From contig CAWCRS010000005.1 of NCBI GenBank assembly GCA_963798085.1, forward strand, positions 640,001-704,000: a DNA stretch of 64,000 nt, read 5' to 3'. Made by a program: the position numbers and the translations under genes. Positions 1-9,191 of the stretch are shown piece after piece. This DNA comes from an uncultured Gemmatimonadales bacterium. GTDB lineage: Bacteria > Gemmatimonadota > Gemmatimonadetes > Longimicrobiales > RSA9. The notes beneath the pieces were generated by a model. The model searched no databases. It saw nothing but the letters and a program-made list of their open reading frames with translations, and was not told where the DNA came from. Positions within the stretch are counted from its first letter, which is position 1. Every line of letters begins with the position of its first letter.

Positions 1-1706
1 ACGCGGCGCCGGCGGGCAGTGCCTACGGGGGCATTGCGTGGCGCTTCGCGACGCGTGGACCGATCCGGTCTTCGCCGGTGGTGGTGCGCGATCGCGTGTA
101 CGTGGGCAGTGGCGATGGCGCAGCGTACGCGCTGGACGCGAACACGGGCGCATTGGTCTGGCGCACGGATCTGGGGAGCAGTGCCGATGGCTCGCCGGCG
201 GTCACGGCGACGCGTGTGTTCATCACCACTCGCCTGGGGCGCTGCTTCGCGCTGGACCGGGCGACGGGCCGGGTGGTGTGGGAGTACCAGAGCGGGCCGC
301 CGGCGAAGCTGGCGTGGGGTTTCGAGAGCGGCGACGTGTACACGTCGTCTCCCGTGCCGGCAGGCGGGCTGGTGGTGTTCGGCGCGCGTGACGGCTATGT
401 GCACGCGCTGGACGCGGCGGGCGGCAGCGAGCGCTGGCGGTTCCGGACCGGGGGTCGCGTCGTGTCGTCGCCTGCAGTCTCTTCCAACACGGTGTTTGCG
501 GGCAGCATGGATGGCAGCCTCTACGCGCTGCGGCTGGAATCGGGCGAGCCGCTGTGGCGCTTCGACACGCAGGGGCACAGCCTCAATTCCGGCGATTTCG
601 GCTTCGACCGCAGAACCATCCAGTCATTGCCGGCGGTGGCGGACGGCGTGGTCTACTTCGGCGCGAAGGACGGCAATGTCTACGCGGTGGACGCCGCGGG
701 CGGGCAGGAGAAGTGGCATTTCTCGCACGATGGCTCGTGGGCTGTCACATCCCCGTCGGTCAGCGATAATGTGGTGTTTGCGGGTTCCTCGGACGCGCAT
801 TTCATTCAGGCGCTGGCGGCGCCCGCTGGCGAGGAGACGTGGCACACGCCCACCAGCGCCGCGGTCTGGGCATCGCCCGCGGTGGCGGGTGAGCTGGTCT
901 ATTTCATGGAAACGCAGGGGCGTCTGATCGCGGCAGACCGGGCCACGGGCCAGGCGCGCTGGACGCTGCAGCTGCCCGCGCCCACGATGGGCTCGCCGGT
1001 ACCGGCCGGAAACCAGCTGCTGGTGGCGGCGCGCAACGATCTCTACGCCATCCGGCTGACCCGGGCGCCGCTGCAGCGCGCGGTCTTCTGGGACAGCACG
1101 CTGCTGCGGCAGGGCTGGAGCAGTGTGCATTGGGAGCTGCGCGACTATCTGCGCGACAACGGCTATCAGGTGCTGGGCACACCGGGACTGCTCTCGTTCC
1201 TCGCACAGCGCACCGCGGATCGCGCGCCGAGTGTGATCGTGTTCGCACTGGACGCACTGCCGGAAGCCGCGGCGGATTCGACGACGCGGCCGTTGCGCAA
1301 CTATCTGGATGCGGGGGGCAAGGTGGTGTGGGTCGGCGTGCCCCCGCTGATCTGGCCGCGCGACCCGACAACCGGCGCCGTCTCGTACGACGGCATCAAC
1401 CGCGCGGCCACGGAGAAGCTGCTGGGTGTGAATCATTCGACTGCGCAGTTCGACCGCTTCGGTTCCCTGCTCACGCCTGCGGGTGAGCAATGGGGTCTCG
1501 AGGGTGGCTGGATGGCCGACTGGGCTGTTCCCGCGGACGCCGTCACGACACCACTGGCACTGGATGAGAACGGCAACGCGGTGGCGTGGCTGAAGAACTA
1601 TGGTGGCGGGCCGGGCACCGGGTTTCTGCGTCTGCCCACGAGCGCGGCGATCAACCACTACGACCAGGTGCGCGCCGTGGCGGAGGCGTTTCCGGTCACG
1701 CGCTGA
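1..1706 (+). CDS. PQQ-like (BamB-type) beta-propeller repeat protein with extra C-terminal domain; 5' end outside window
   Basis: Repeated SSP-x-V...VY.GS.DG.LYALD...G...W.F blades; frame open from position 3. Confidence 0.85.
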   Translation, partial: AAPAGSAYGGIAWRFATRGPIRSSPVVVRDRVYVGSGDGAAYALDANTGALVWRTDLGSSADGSPAVTATRVFITTRLGRCFALDRATGRVVWEYQSGPPAKLAWGFESGDVYTSSPVPAGGLVVFGARDGYVHALDAAGGSERWRFRTGGRVVSSPAVSSNTVFAGSMDGSLYALRLESGEPLWRFDTQGHSLNSGDFGFDRRTIQSLPAVADGVVYFGAKDGNVYAVDAAGGQEKWHFSHDGSWAVTSPSVSDNVVFAGSSDAHFIQALAAPAGEETWHTPTSAAVWASPAVAGELVYFMETQGRLIAADRATGQARWTLQLPAPTMGSPVPAGNQLLVAARNDLYAIRLTRAPLQRAVFWDSTLLRQGWSSVHWELRDYLRDNGYQVLGTPGLLSFLAQRTADRAPSVIVFALDALPEAAADSTTRPLRNYLDAGGKVVWVGVPPLIWPRDPTTGAVSYDGINRAATEKLLGVNHSTAQFDRFGSLLTPAGEQWGLEGGWMADWAVPADAVTTPLALDENGNAVAWLKNYGGGPGTGFLRLPTSAAINHYDQVRAVAEAFPVTR

Positions 1707-1787
1707 TCCTAACCGCGTGTCAGATGGTCAGGGCCGCCGACAGAGCGGCCTGCGTGCGGCCATTGGGTACCCGCTGGGTGTGCGGGC

Positions 1788-2240
1788 TCAGGCTCCGAAC
1801 TGGCGCAGGTGATGGTGCGCGTGGCGCCAACCCCAGCGCAGCCATTCCTTCTGACTCAGTCTGCCGAACACGGGATGCTCGGCGGCGGCATTGATGGTGC
1901 GCGTGAAGCGCTCGATCAGCCGCTCGAGGTCCACGACATCGTGCGCGAAGACGGCGGGCGGTGTGCCGCCCGCGAGCTGGTCCATCTCGGGCCTCGTGGG
2001 ATAGCCATGGGGCCAGGGCAGCGGCACCCAGAGCGCGCCCCATTTGAGGACGGTGCGCGTGAACAGGCCGCCCGCGTGCGATGCTTCCTTCTCGCCCAGC
2101 CCCAGACGGAACGCATTGCTCAGGTGGCAGACCATCTGGTGCGCGTTCATGCGGCCCCAGCGGCGAGGCGTGGCTGGCGTCAGCCGCCGCAGGCGCTGCA
2201 GCAGCAGTGTCCGGTCCGCGGTGTCAGCGAGTGTGCGCAT
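1788..2240 (-). CDS. DUF1569/DinB-like protein
   Basis: WGRMNAHQMVCHL, HPVFGRLS..EW and HAHHHLRQFG motifs. Confidence 0.85.
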   Translation of the reverse strand: MRTLADTADRTLLLQRLRRLTPATPRRWGRMNAHQMVCHLSNAFRLGLGEKEASHAGGLFTRTVLKWGALWVPLPWPHGYPTRPEMDQLAGGTPPAVFAHDVVDLERLIERFTRTINAAAEHPVFGRLSQKEWLRWGWRHAHHHLRQFGA

Positions 2241-2476
2241 GCGCGTGCCGGGCGGAAGCCAGCGGCTGCGGCCGCACCGCTTCGGGGTGGGCAGGACTCG
2301 CGGAAACTGCGCAGCGGTGCAGCGCGTTGCGCAGTCGTGAAGACCGTAGAGCGTTCATGACCTGAGGGTACGCCCCGCACGCTGGCTCCGCAATTGCTCG
2401 CCGCCGAGCCTTGTCGCGACAGCCAATCGCATTGAGTATGATGGGCCCTCACGCCCCGGCGGGCCCGGGGGCGACC

Positions 2477-3730
2477 ATGCCGCGACGCCTGCGGGAGGCC
2501 ATCGCCTTGCGCGCACACCTGCTGATCGCCGCCCTGCTGCTGGGGTGCACTAACACGAGTCACGGCACGCGCTGGGACGGCACTGTGCGCGACAGCAGTG
2601 GTGTGGCGATTGTCGAGAATGGCGGGCATGGCCTGTGGCCGGACTCGCTGGCCTGGCGCACGGGCGATGCACTGAGCATCGGCCGCACGGAAGGCGACAG
2701 CGCGTACCTTTTCGGCCGCGTCGTGGACGTTGCCGTGGATGGGCAGCGCGACCTGCTGGTGCTCGACCAGCTGGCGCAGCGGGTGCGCTATTTCGACGCG
2801 AGCGGCCGCTTCCTGCACGCGGCGGGCCGTCCGGGCAAGGGGCCGGGCGAACTGAGCGCGTACGCCAATGCCGTGCTGCTCGGCAAAGGCGACACGCTGT
2901 ATGTGCCCGATTCCGTGCAACGCCGCATCAATGTCTATGGACCGAACGGCGGCTTCGTGCGCGACATTGCCATCGATGCACGGCCGGGCGGCCAGAGCTG
3001 GGCACTGCTGCCGGACGGCCGATTCCTCTTCCGCGGTCTCGCGCTGAGCCGTGATGCGCAGGGCCAGTTCCAGACATGGGATGGGCTGCTCACTACCGCA
3101 GTTGCGGGGCAGATCGACACGATTGCGCCGTTCGACTACGCACGCTCGCCGCTGGGCGGACCGGGCGCGCCACGGGTTCCGCTCATCGTGAACGCCGCAT
3201 TATGGGCACGACTGGATGACGGACGCATCGCGTGGTCATCACTGGACCGCAGCGAGATCCTGGTGCTGGACGCGCAGGGCCGGCTGCAGCGCATCATCCG
3301 CCATCGCCTGTGGCAGCGCAGGCCGCTCACGGCGGGAGACCGCGACGCGCTGCGCGAGCTGCTGCGCCGCAAGCTCACCCTGATCGGCGGCAATGCCAAT
3401 GGTATCGCCAAACTCGACCTTATCTACGACGCGCAGCTTCCAGCGTTCACGGCCCTGCAGGGAGGACCGGACCACACGCTCTGGGTGCAGCTCATGGGCG
3501 ACGTCTCGACGATCGACCCCATGGCGGTCAACGCCACCGATCGAACGGGCTGGCTGGGTGGTCCGCAGTGGCAGGTAATGGACGGCGCTGGACGATTCCT
3601 GGGAGAGGTGACAGTGCCGCCCCGCGTCTGTGTGATGCGCGTCACCAGCGACGCCGTGTATGGCGTGCAGAAGGACGCGCAGGATGTGGAGCACGTGGTG
3701 CGGCTGGAGCTGAGGCGAGGCCGCCGCTGA
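2477..3730 (+). CDS. 6-bladed beta-propeller lipoprotein
   Basis: LLGC lipobox, RDSSGVAIVEN, GRPGKGPGEL, C-terminal DAQDVEHVVRL; start uncertain. Confidence 0.8.
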   Translation: MPRRLREAIALRAHLLIAALLLGCTNTSHGTRWDGTVRDSSGVAIVENGGHGLWPDSLAWRTGDALSIGRTEGDSAYLFGRVVDVAVDGQRDLLVLDQLAQRVRYFDASGRFLHAAGRPGKGPGELSAYANAVLLGKGDTLYVPDSVQRRINVYGPNGGFVRDIAIDARPGGQSWALLPDGRFLFRGLALSRDAQGQFQTWDGLLTTAVAGQIDTIAPFDYARSPLGGPGAPRVPLIVNAALWARLDDGRIAWSSLDRSEILVLDAQGRLQRIIRHRLWQRRPLTAGDRDALRELLRRKLTLIGGNANGIAKLDLIYDAQLPAFTALQGGPDHTLWVQLMGDVSTIDPMAVNATDRTGWLGGPQWQVMDGAGRFLGEVTVPPRVCVMRVTSDAVYGVQKDAQDVEHVVRLELRRGRR

Positions 3731-3749
3731 TCGCACCCAGGCGCCGCCT

Positions 3750-4298
3750 CAGTGACAGGTGGCGCTGGTCGCGTGCGTGGAGTCATCCTCAATGGTCTGG
3801 CCGCGCACGTGGAAGCCCTGCGAAGCGGGAGATGTTCAGCTGGTACGTGCCACTGCCGCCGCAGCTGGCGCCCCAATCCCGTGTTATGGCCAGCCGATAG
3901 GTACCCGTCTGCGCAATGGGAAACCCGTCGACGTGTTCTCCGGCCGTGTACAGCGAGCAGTTGCTGGCACTGATGCAGCGCAGCTCACTGGCGTCCCCGG
4001 TCAGCAGGTTGATGCCGCCCAGCTGCACACCCGGTCCGTAGAGTGCGATCTGGGCGACGGACCCCTGACTCACGGCGTTCACGCGAAGGCTGAGCGTCGT
4101 GCCAACCGTCAGGTCCAGATCGAAGACATCCTGACAGCTCACGCTGTCGGCGCACACCCAGCCGAAGTCGCCGACGTACGTGGTGACCTCCCCGTTGCCA
4201 TCGCTGGGCGATGCTTTCGAGGAACATGCGGCCAGCAGCAATGCCACGCTGATTCCTGCCAGCACTGACAAGAACAGGCGTATCGACGGCGCGCGCAT
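3750..4298 (-). CDS. Cys-rich secreted lipoprotein (probable frameshift near 3828; as assembled ends at 3789)
   Basis: GGAAGGAG RBS, LAAC lipobox; removing one base at ~3828 gives ...NISASQGFHVRGQTIEDDSTHATSATCH*. Confidence 0.65.
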
Positions 4299-4330
4299 CA
4301 CGGATTCTCCTTCCGTGCAACCATGCCAGT

Positions 4331-4699
4331 CTACAGGGAGCGGATCGCGACCAGTGGATCCACGCCCATGGCTCGACGTGCCGGCAACCACGCTGCCAGC
4401 AGGGCAACGCCGCAGAAGAGCAACGCCGTGGCGGCGTACACGAACGGGTCGACACTGGCCAGCACGAAGCCGAACAGCAGGCTGCCGGCCAGCCGGCTGA
4501 GCGCGAGTGTCAGCAGCAGGCCGATACCGAGTGCGACTGCCGTCAGCCGGAGCACGCTGCCGCCGTTGATCAGGCTGAAGATGATCGTGGCCATGCCAAT
4601 GCCGAGGCCGAGCGTAAGCACGACGGCAATGCTGATGCGCCGGTTGCGCAGCGCGTGACGAAGAGCAGTGCGCATGATGGAGCCCGCTGGCGAGCTCAT
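4331..4699 (-). pseudogene. Miniature ADOP/MacB-type permease: first TM helix fused to the last two helices
   Basis: VVLTLGLGIGMATIIFSLING joined directly to ...LAAWLPARRAMGVDPLVAIRSL. Confidence 0.7.
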
Positions 4700-4807
4700 C
4701 GATCACCGCCTGTGAGGATTGGCCCCGTGTGCTCTGCTGCGCCTCATGGCCGGCCTCGAACTCGACCCGGCACGCGCTGCACCTTGCGCGCGGCGGCCGG
4801 AAAGTGT

Positions 4808-6629
4808 TCAGCGCGCCAGCCGTCCACAAGATGCACGGGGCCGTGCGCCGGCCCGGATCAGAAGGACCAGAACAGAGGGGATGATCAGCACGGCGAGTAT
4901 GCCGAGCAGGATGTTGAGCGGCAAACCGAAGCGGATGTAGTCGGTGAAGCGGTAGCCGCCCGGACCATAGACCATGAGGTTGGTCTGGTAGCCGATGGGC
5001 GTCGCGAAACTGGCGGACGCAGCCATCATGATGGCCATCACGAAGGGGCGGAAATCCACGCCCATGCGGGCAGCCGTGGCCGCGGCAAGTGGAAAGATGA
5101 GGGCGGCTGCCGCGGTGTTAGTGATGACCGATGTGAGGAAGCTGGTCAGCGCGTACACGGCAGCGAGTGCGAGCCAGGGGTTGTCGCCCCCGGCGCGCAG
5201 CCAGACGGAAGCGACGCCCGCCGCCGCACCGCTCTTCTCGAGCGCGACAGCAAGTCCGAGCGCCGCGCCGATCACGGTGAGCACCTGCCAGTCCACGGCG
5301 CGCCGCGCAATGGGACCCGTGGTGCAGCGGGTGAGCAGCATGAGCCCGCCCGCGACCAGCGCCGGCGACCAGCATGGGCACGTGGAAGATCGATGCAGCT
5401 GCGACCATACCCAGCAGAATCACCGCGGCGAACGCGCTCTTTTCATGCCGAGGCGGACTCGAATCCTGGAGGGCGCTGACCAGAATGAAGTCGCGGGAAT
5501 GGCGATGCTGCTCGACGAACGCCGGCCTCGCCTCGAGGAGCAGCGTGTCACCGGGACGCAGTGTGATGTCGCCAATGCGGCCGGGAATGCGTTTGCCGCC
5601 GCGCGCGACCGCGACGACGACGGCATCGTAGCGGGTGCGGAAACGACTCTCGCGAATGTTCTGTCCGGATACCGGCGACGACGGCGAGACGACCGCTTCG
5701 ATCAGCAGCCGCTCGGGACGGGGTGCGTCCAGCTTGAACACCTGGTCGGGCGCGGGTACGAGGCCCTTGATCTTGTAGAGGTCGACGACGGAGTCGACAC
5801 CGCCGACGAAGACCAGGCGGTCGCCACCCTGCAGACGCTCCGTGGGCGCCACCGCAGGCAGCAGCCCGCCGCCTCGCCCGATCTCGGCCAGGAACACGCC
5901 GGGCAGATGGCGCAGGCCGGCTTCCTCGATGCTGCGACCCACCAGCGCGCTGCGCTCGTCGACCACCATCTCCAGCGCGTACTCGCGCGGATTGTCGCGC
6001 TGCGTGATGGGCGGTACCCGCTCGGGCAGCAGCCAGCGGGTCATGATGAGGATGTAGAGAAGGCCTAACACCGCGGTAGGAATGCCCACGCGCGCAATCT
6101 CGAAGAATCCGACCGGCGTCAGCTTCGTCTGCGCCGTTACCAGTCCGGCCACCACCAGGTTCGTGCTGGTGCCGATCAACGTGCACGTGCCGCCCAGAAT
6201 GGCCGCATACGAAAGCGGCATCATCAGCTTGGAGACGGAAAGGCGCTGCTTCTTCGCCCAGTCCTGCACGGTGGGCAGAAACATGGCGACCAGCGGCGTA
6301 TTGTTTAGGAATGCGCTGAGCCCGACGATGGGCAACATCATGCGCACCTGCGCGCTGAGCACCGTTTCGGGACGGCCGAACAGGCGGCGGCCGAGCGCGT
6401 GCGCGGCGCCCGTCTCGGTGAGACCCGACACGACGACGTACAGCACACCAACGGTTGCGAGTCCGGGATTGGCCAGGCCGGACAGCGCTTCGGAGGGCGT
6501 GAGCACGCCCAGCACCAGCAGTCCCGTGAGTGCGGCCACCATGACGAGGTCCGGGCCGATGCGCGTGAAGATGAGCAGGCCGGTGGTGCAGGCCACGACG
6601 GCCACCGCGATCCACGCTTGTGGCGTCAC
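4808..6629 (-). CDS. SLC13-family permease with TrkA-C domains (frameshift at ~5364 as assembled)
   Basis: SAFLNNTPLV, GGTCTLIGTSTNLVV, two TrkA-C repeats, FATPIGYQTNLMVYGPGGY. Confidence 0.9.
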
Positions 6630-6675
6630 GTTGGGTCCATGGTCCGCTGGTTCACCGCGGAGATCGCTTCAGAAT

Positions 6676-6918
6676 TCAGACGGCGGCGTGATGGCGCAGA
6701 CGTCGCCTGCTCCGCAGCTGCGCGGACGCGCCGTGCAGCAGAGCGCGGCCGGCTCCGCGCAGGACCGCCGCCACCAGGAAGGTGCGAACACGCAGGGCGC
6801 GCACGTACCGCCGCGGCCCGGGTCCGGGTGCGGCTGTGGCGAGGGCCGTGGGCGGCCAGCGCGGCGGCGGCGCGAGCAGTCCTGCGGGGTGGGTGGGAGA
6901 CGCAGTGTGGTCGAACAT
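6676..6918 (-). CDS. Possible small hypothetical protein
   Basis: ATG-started ORF filling an intergenic gap; no recognisable motif. Confidence 0.25.
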   Translation of the reverse strand: MFDHTASPTHPAGLLAPPPRWPPTALATAAPGPGPRRYVRALRVRTFLVAAVLRGAGRALLHGASAQLRSRRRLRHHAAV

Positions 6919-7168
6919 GAGGCTGCAGAGTACAACCGGGTACGTTCGCGCGCCACGGCGGACGAATTCTCGTGCTCGTCGGGAACGTCGGCTCGTGTCA
7001 GGACCGGCGCTGTTCGTGCCACGTGTTACGACGGCCGCCACCGTGGCCTGACTGGCCTGGACGCGGCGCACGCGGTCGGCGGGCCCAGGGCTGGCCCGGC
7101 CGTCCGGCGTGCAAGGCCAGGCGGGCCGGCGTGCGGGCCGCGTCTGTGGCTCCACCGTTGCGACCGGT

Positions 7169-7389
7169 TGCCGAATGACGGCGAAAGCGCGAAGCCGGAT
7201 CGAGGAGCGCCTGCTCGAGGAGCGGGAACGGAAGTGGCCCGCGCGCCTGGCGGGCCCTACGATGGGCGCACGCGAGAACCGCGGCTGACGATCACTGGAA
7301 TCGTCGAGGCGAATTCACGGGAGAGTGCCGAATGACGGCGAAAGAGCGAAGCCGGATCGAGCAGCGCCTGCTCGAGGAGCGGGAGCGGA
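7169..7389 (+). repeat. 64-bp direct repeat (7169-7232 and 7326-7389) duplicating the 5' end of the DksA/TraR gene
   Basis: TGCCGAATGACGGCGAAAG[C/A]GCGAAGCCGGATCGAG[G/C]AGCGCCTGCTCGAGGAGCGGGA[A/G]CGGA, 3 mismatches. Confidence 0.95.
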
Positions 7390-7688
7390 CGCTGAAGCTG
7401 GTAAACGAGCTGCGCGCGGATGTGCGCGAGCCGGAAGTGGAGTCGACGGGGGACCTGTCGCTCATGCCGACGCATCCCGCGGATCGCGCCAGTGATGTGC
7501 AGGAACGCGAGATGGATGAGACGCTGGCGGAACGTGAGGCAACGCAGCTCGAGCTCATCGACGATGCGCTGCGGCGTCTGCGCGAGGATCCCGAGCACTT
7601 CGACGTGTCTGTCGTGTCGGGTGAGAAGATCCCGTTTGCGCGCCTGGAGCTGGTGCCCTGGACGCGGGTGTTGGCGGGGGAGGACTGA
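7332..7688 (+). CDS. DksA/TraR-family regulator lacking the zinc-finger cysteines
   Basis: RLLEERER coiled coil, HPADRASD tip, IDDALRRL...GEKIPFARLELVPWT. Confidence 0.85.
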   Translation: MTAKERSRIEQRLLEERERTLKLVNELRADVREPEVESTGDLSLMPTHPADRASDVQEREMDETLAEREATQLELIDDALRRLREDPEHFDVSVVSGEKIPFARLELVPWTRVLAGED

Positions 7689-7690
7689 CC

Positions 7691-7909
7691 CGGACCGTCT
7701 TGGCGTTCTTGGGTTGGGCCGATTCGCCTGTCGAGCGCGCCGACGCCAGGCCGCGCTGCGCATGCGTCTGATGCGTGCTGCCATGGCCGGGCAGCGACAG
7801 TGTGTTAGAATGCGAGCCGTGTACATGGGCTGCAGCGGGGATTGCCCCGGGTTCTGACCACGCGGGGATAGTGAGACCGGCCATAACCCAAGAACGCCAA
7901 GACGGTCCG
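7691..7909. mobile_element. MITE/REPIN-like element with 25-bp perfect terminal inverted repeats, copy 1
   Basis: CGGACCGTCTTGGCGTTCTTGGGTT at 7691-7715 and its reverse complement at 7885-7909; same repeats at 55.2-55.5 kb. Confidence 0.7.
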
Positions 7910-7981
7910 ATTGTCACACCGCCCCGCTACCCTTTCCCACACGCAAATCAGAATGGCCACTTCACCCCCGGAGAGTGGCGC

Positions 7982-8206
7982 GTGGGATGGAACCTGCAGA
8001 GCACGATTGCGCTGGTGGTGGGACTCCTGCTGCTGGCACAGGGACTCCTTGCGGAGCACGCGCGTCGGAAGATCGAGCGGACGCGCATTCGGCAGACGAA
8101 GGAAGCGGAGCCAGACGCGGAATCGTCGCCTGAACCGGGTGTTGCGGTCGACCAGGCGGCGCCCGCCTCCCTGCACCGGCCACGCCGCGAAGTCAGCCGC
8201 CGCTGA
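7982..8206 (+). CDS. Small single-pass membrane protein
   Basis: GGAGAG RBS before GTG; hydrophobic IALVVGLLLLAQGLLA segment. Confidence 0.5.
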   Translation: MGWNLQSTIALVVGLLLLAQGLLAEHARRKIERTRIRQTKEAEPDAESSPEPGVAVDQAAPASLHRPRREVSRR

Positions 8207-8876
8207 GTTGCGCGGCGCGCACCGTCGGGCCGGCTTCGAGCGAGAGGCCGAGGTTCACGTGCCATGCGACGTTCCAGAGCGAAGCGTGCCCGCCGCTCAC
8301 GTTGACGCGCGCGTGCGCCGCTGTTGCCTTGCTTTCGACGAACACGCCCAGGTGCGGCAGCAACGGCCGGCGCGCAATCAGTCCGAGCTGCGCCGCCGGG
8401 CCCGCAATGAAGCGCCCGCTGCCGAGGATGCCGCGATTCTCGGGGTACGTCATGCCGCGGATGGTGCTTTCCGGATGCGCGATCACGAGGCCCGCGCCCA
8501 CCCGCACTCCGAGGCCGGCACGCTCCGTCCACGTGCGCGTCGCGGTCAGGAGGTTCAGGCCGTGCGAAATCGCGAACGCCTGGATCTCCGGCGGTCGGTT
8601 GCGCAGGTAGATCTTGTGGTGCAGCAGCTCGACGCCCCAGCTGCCGTGCTCGGTACCGCGCTCGATGCGCAACAGCAGGTACGGCGGCGGGTGCAGCGCT
8701 TTCGTTGCGTAACGCGCGCGCAGCCGAATGTCAGGCTGCAGCTGCTGACTGACAACGAGTTGGGTGGGCAGGTTCCAGGCAGTGCCGCTGGCGACATCCA
8801 CGCGCCACACGCTCTGGGCGCGCAGCGGGCTGGCGCCGAACGGCGCCAGACAGCAGAACCACAGCGCGCGTCTCAT
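8193..8876 (-). CDS. Hypothetical outer-membrane beta-barrel-like protein
   Basis: Signal peptide ending LRA-Q; amphipathic strands; ELLHHKIYL, ISHGLN, HPESTIRG motifs. Confidence 0.7.
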   Translation of the reverse strand: MRRALWFCCLAPFGASPLRAQSVWRVDVASGTAWNLPTQLVVSQQLQPDIRLRARYATKALHPPPYLLLRIERGTEHGSWGVELLHHKIYLRNRPPEIQAFAISHGLNLLTATRTWTERAGLGVRVGAGLVIAHPESTIRGMTYPENRGILGSGRFIAGPAAQLGLIARRPLLPHLGVFVESKATAAHARVNVSGGHASLWNVAWHVNLGLSLEAGPTVRAAQLSGG

Positions 8877-9191
8877 CCATGCACAGTACACCGCGATCGG
8901 GCGGAGCGTTGCACACCGCGAACCGGACGCCGCGCGCGGTGTGCCGCTGCCCACCCAGCGCACGGGCGCGCGAACCGGGCGGGTGCCTTCTGCCCCGATC
9001 CTCGCGTGGGCACGGCGAACATCGGCTGCGTCCCGCGGACATTTCGATCCGCCAGACCAGGCTGAAGCGCGAGGGGTTCGGGATCATCCGCGGGGCGTGC
9101 GCCGCGCACTGCCTGTTCTCACGCCGCGTTGCGGACGAAGCCGGCGGCGCGCCGCAGCCCGCGTTTCGCGATTGCGTTCGCAGAACGTTTG

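Noticed and set aside
2307..2336. Hairpin ACTGCGCAGCG...CGTTGCGCAGT as terminator or REP
   Set aside because: Single copy, no U-tract, lies between divergent genes
7691..7909. Integron attC site
   Set aside because: No RYYYAAC/GTTRRRY cores, arms are perfect without extrahelical bases, and there is no integrase or cassette array
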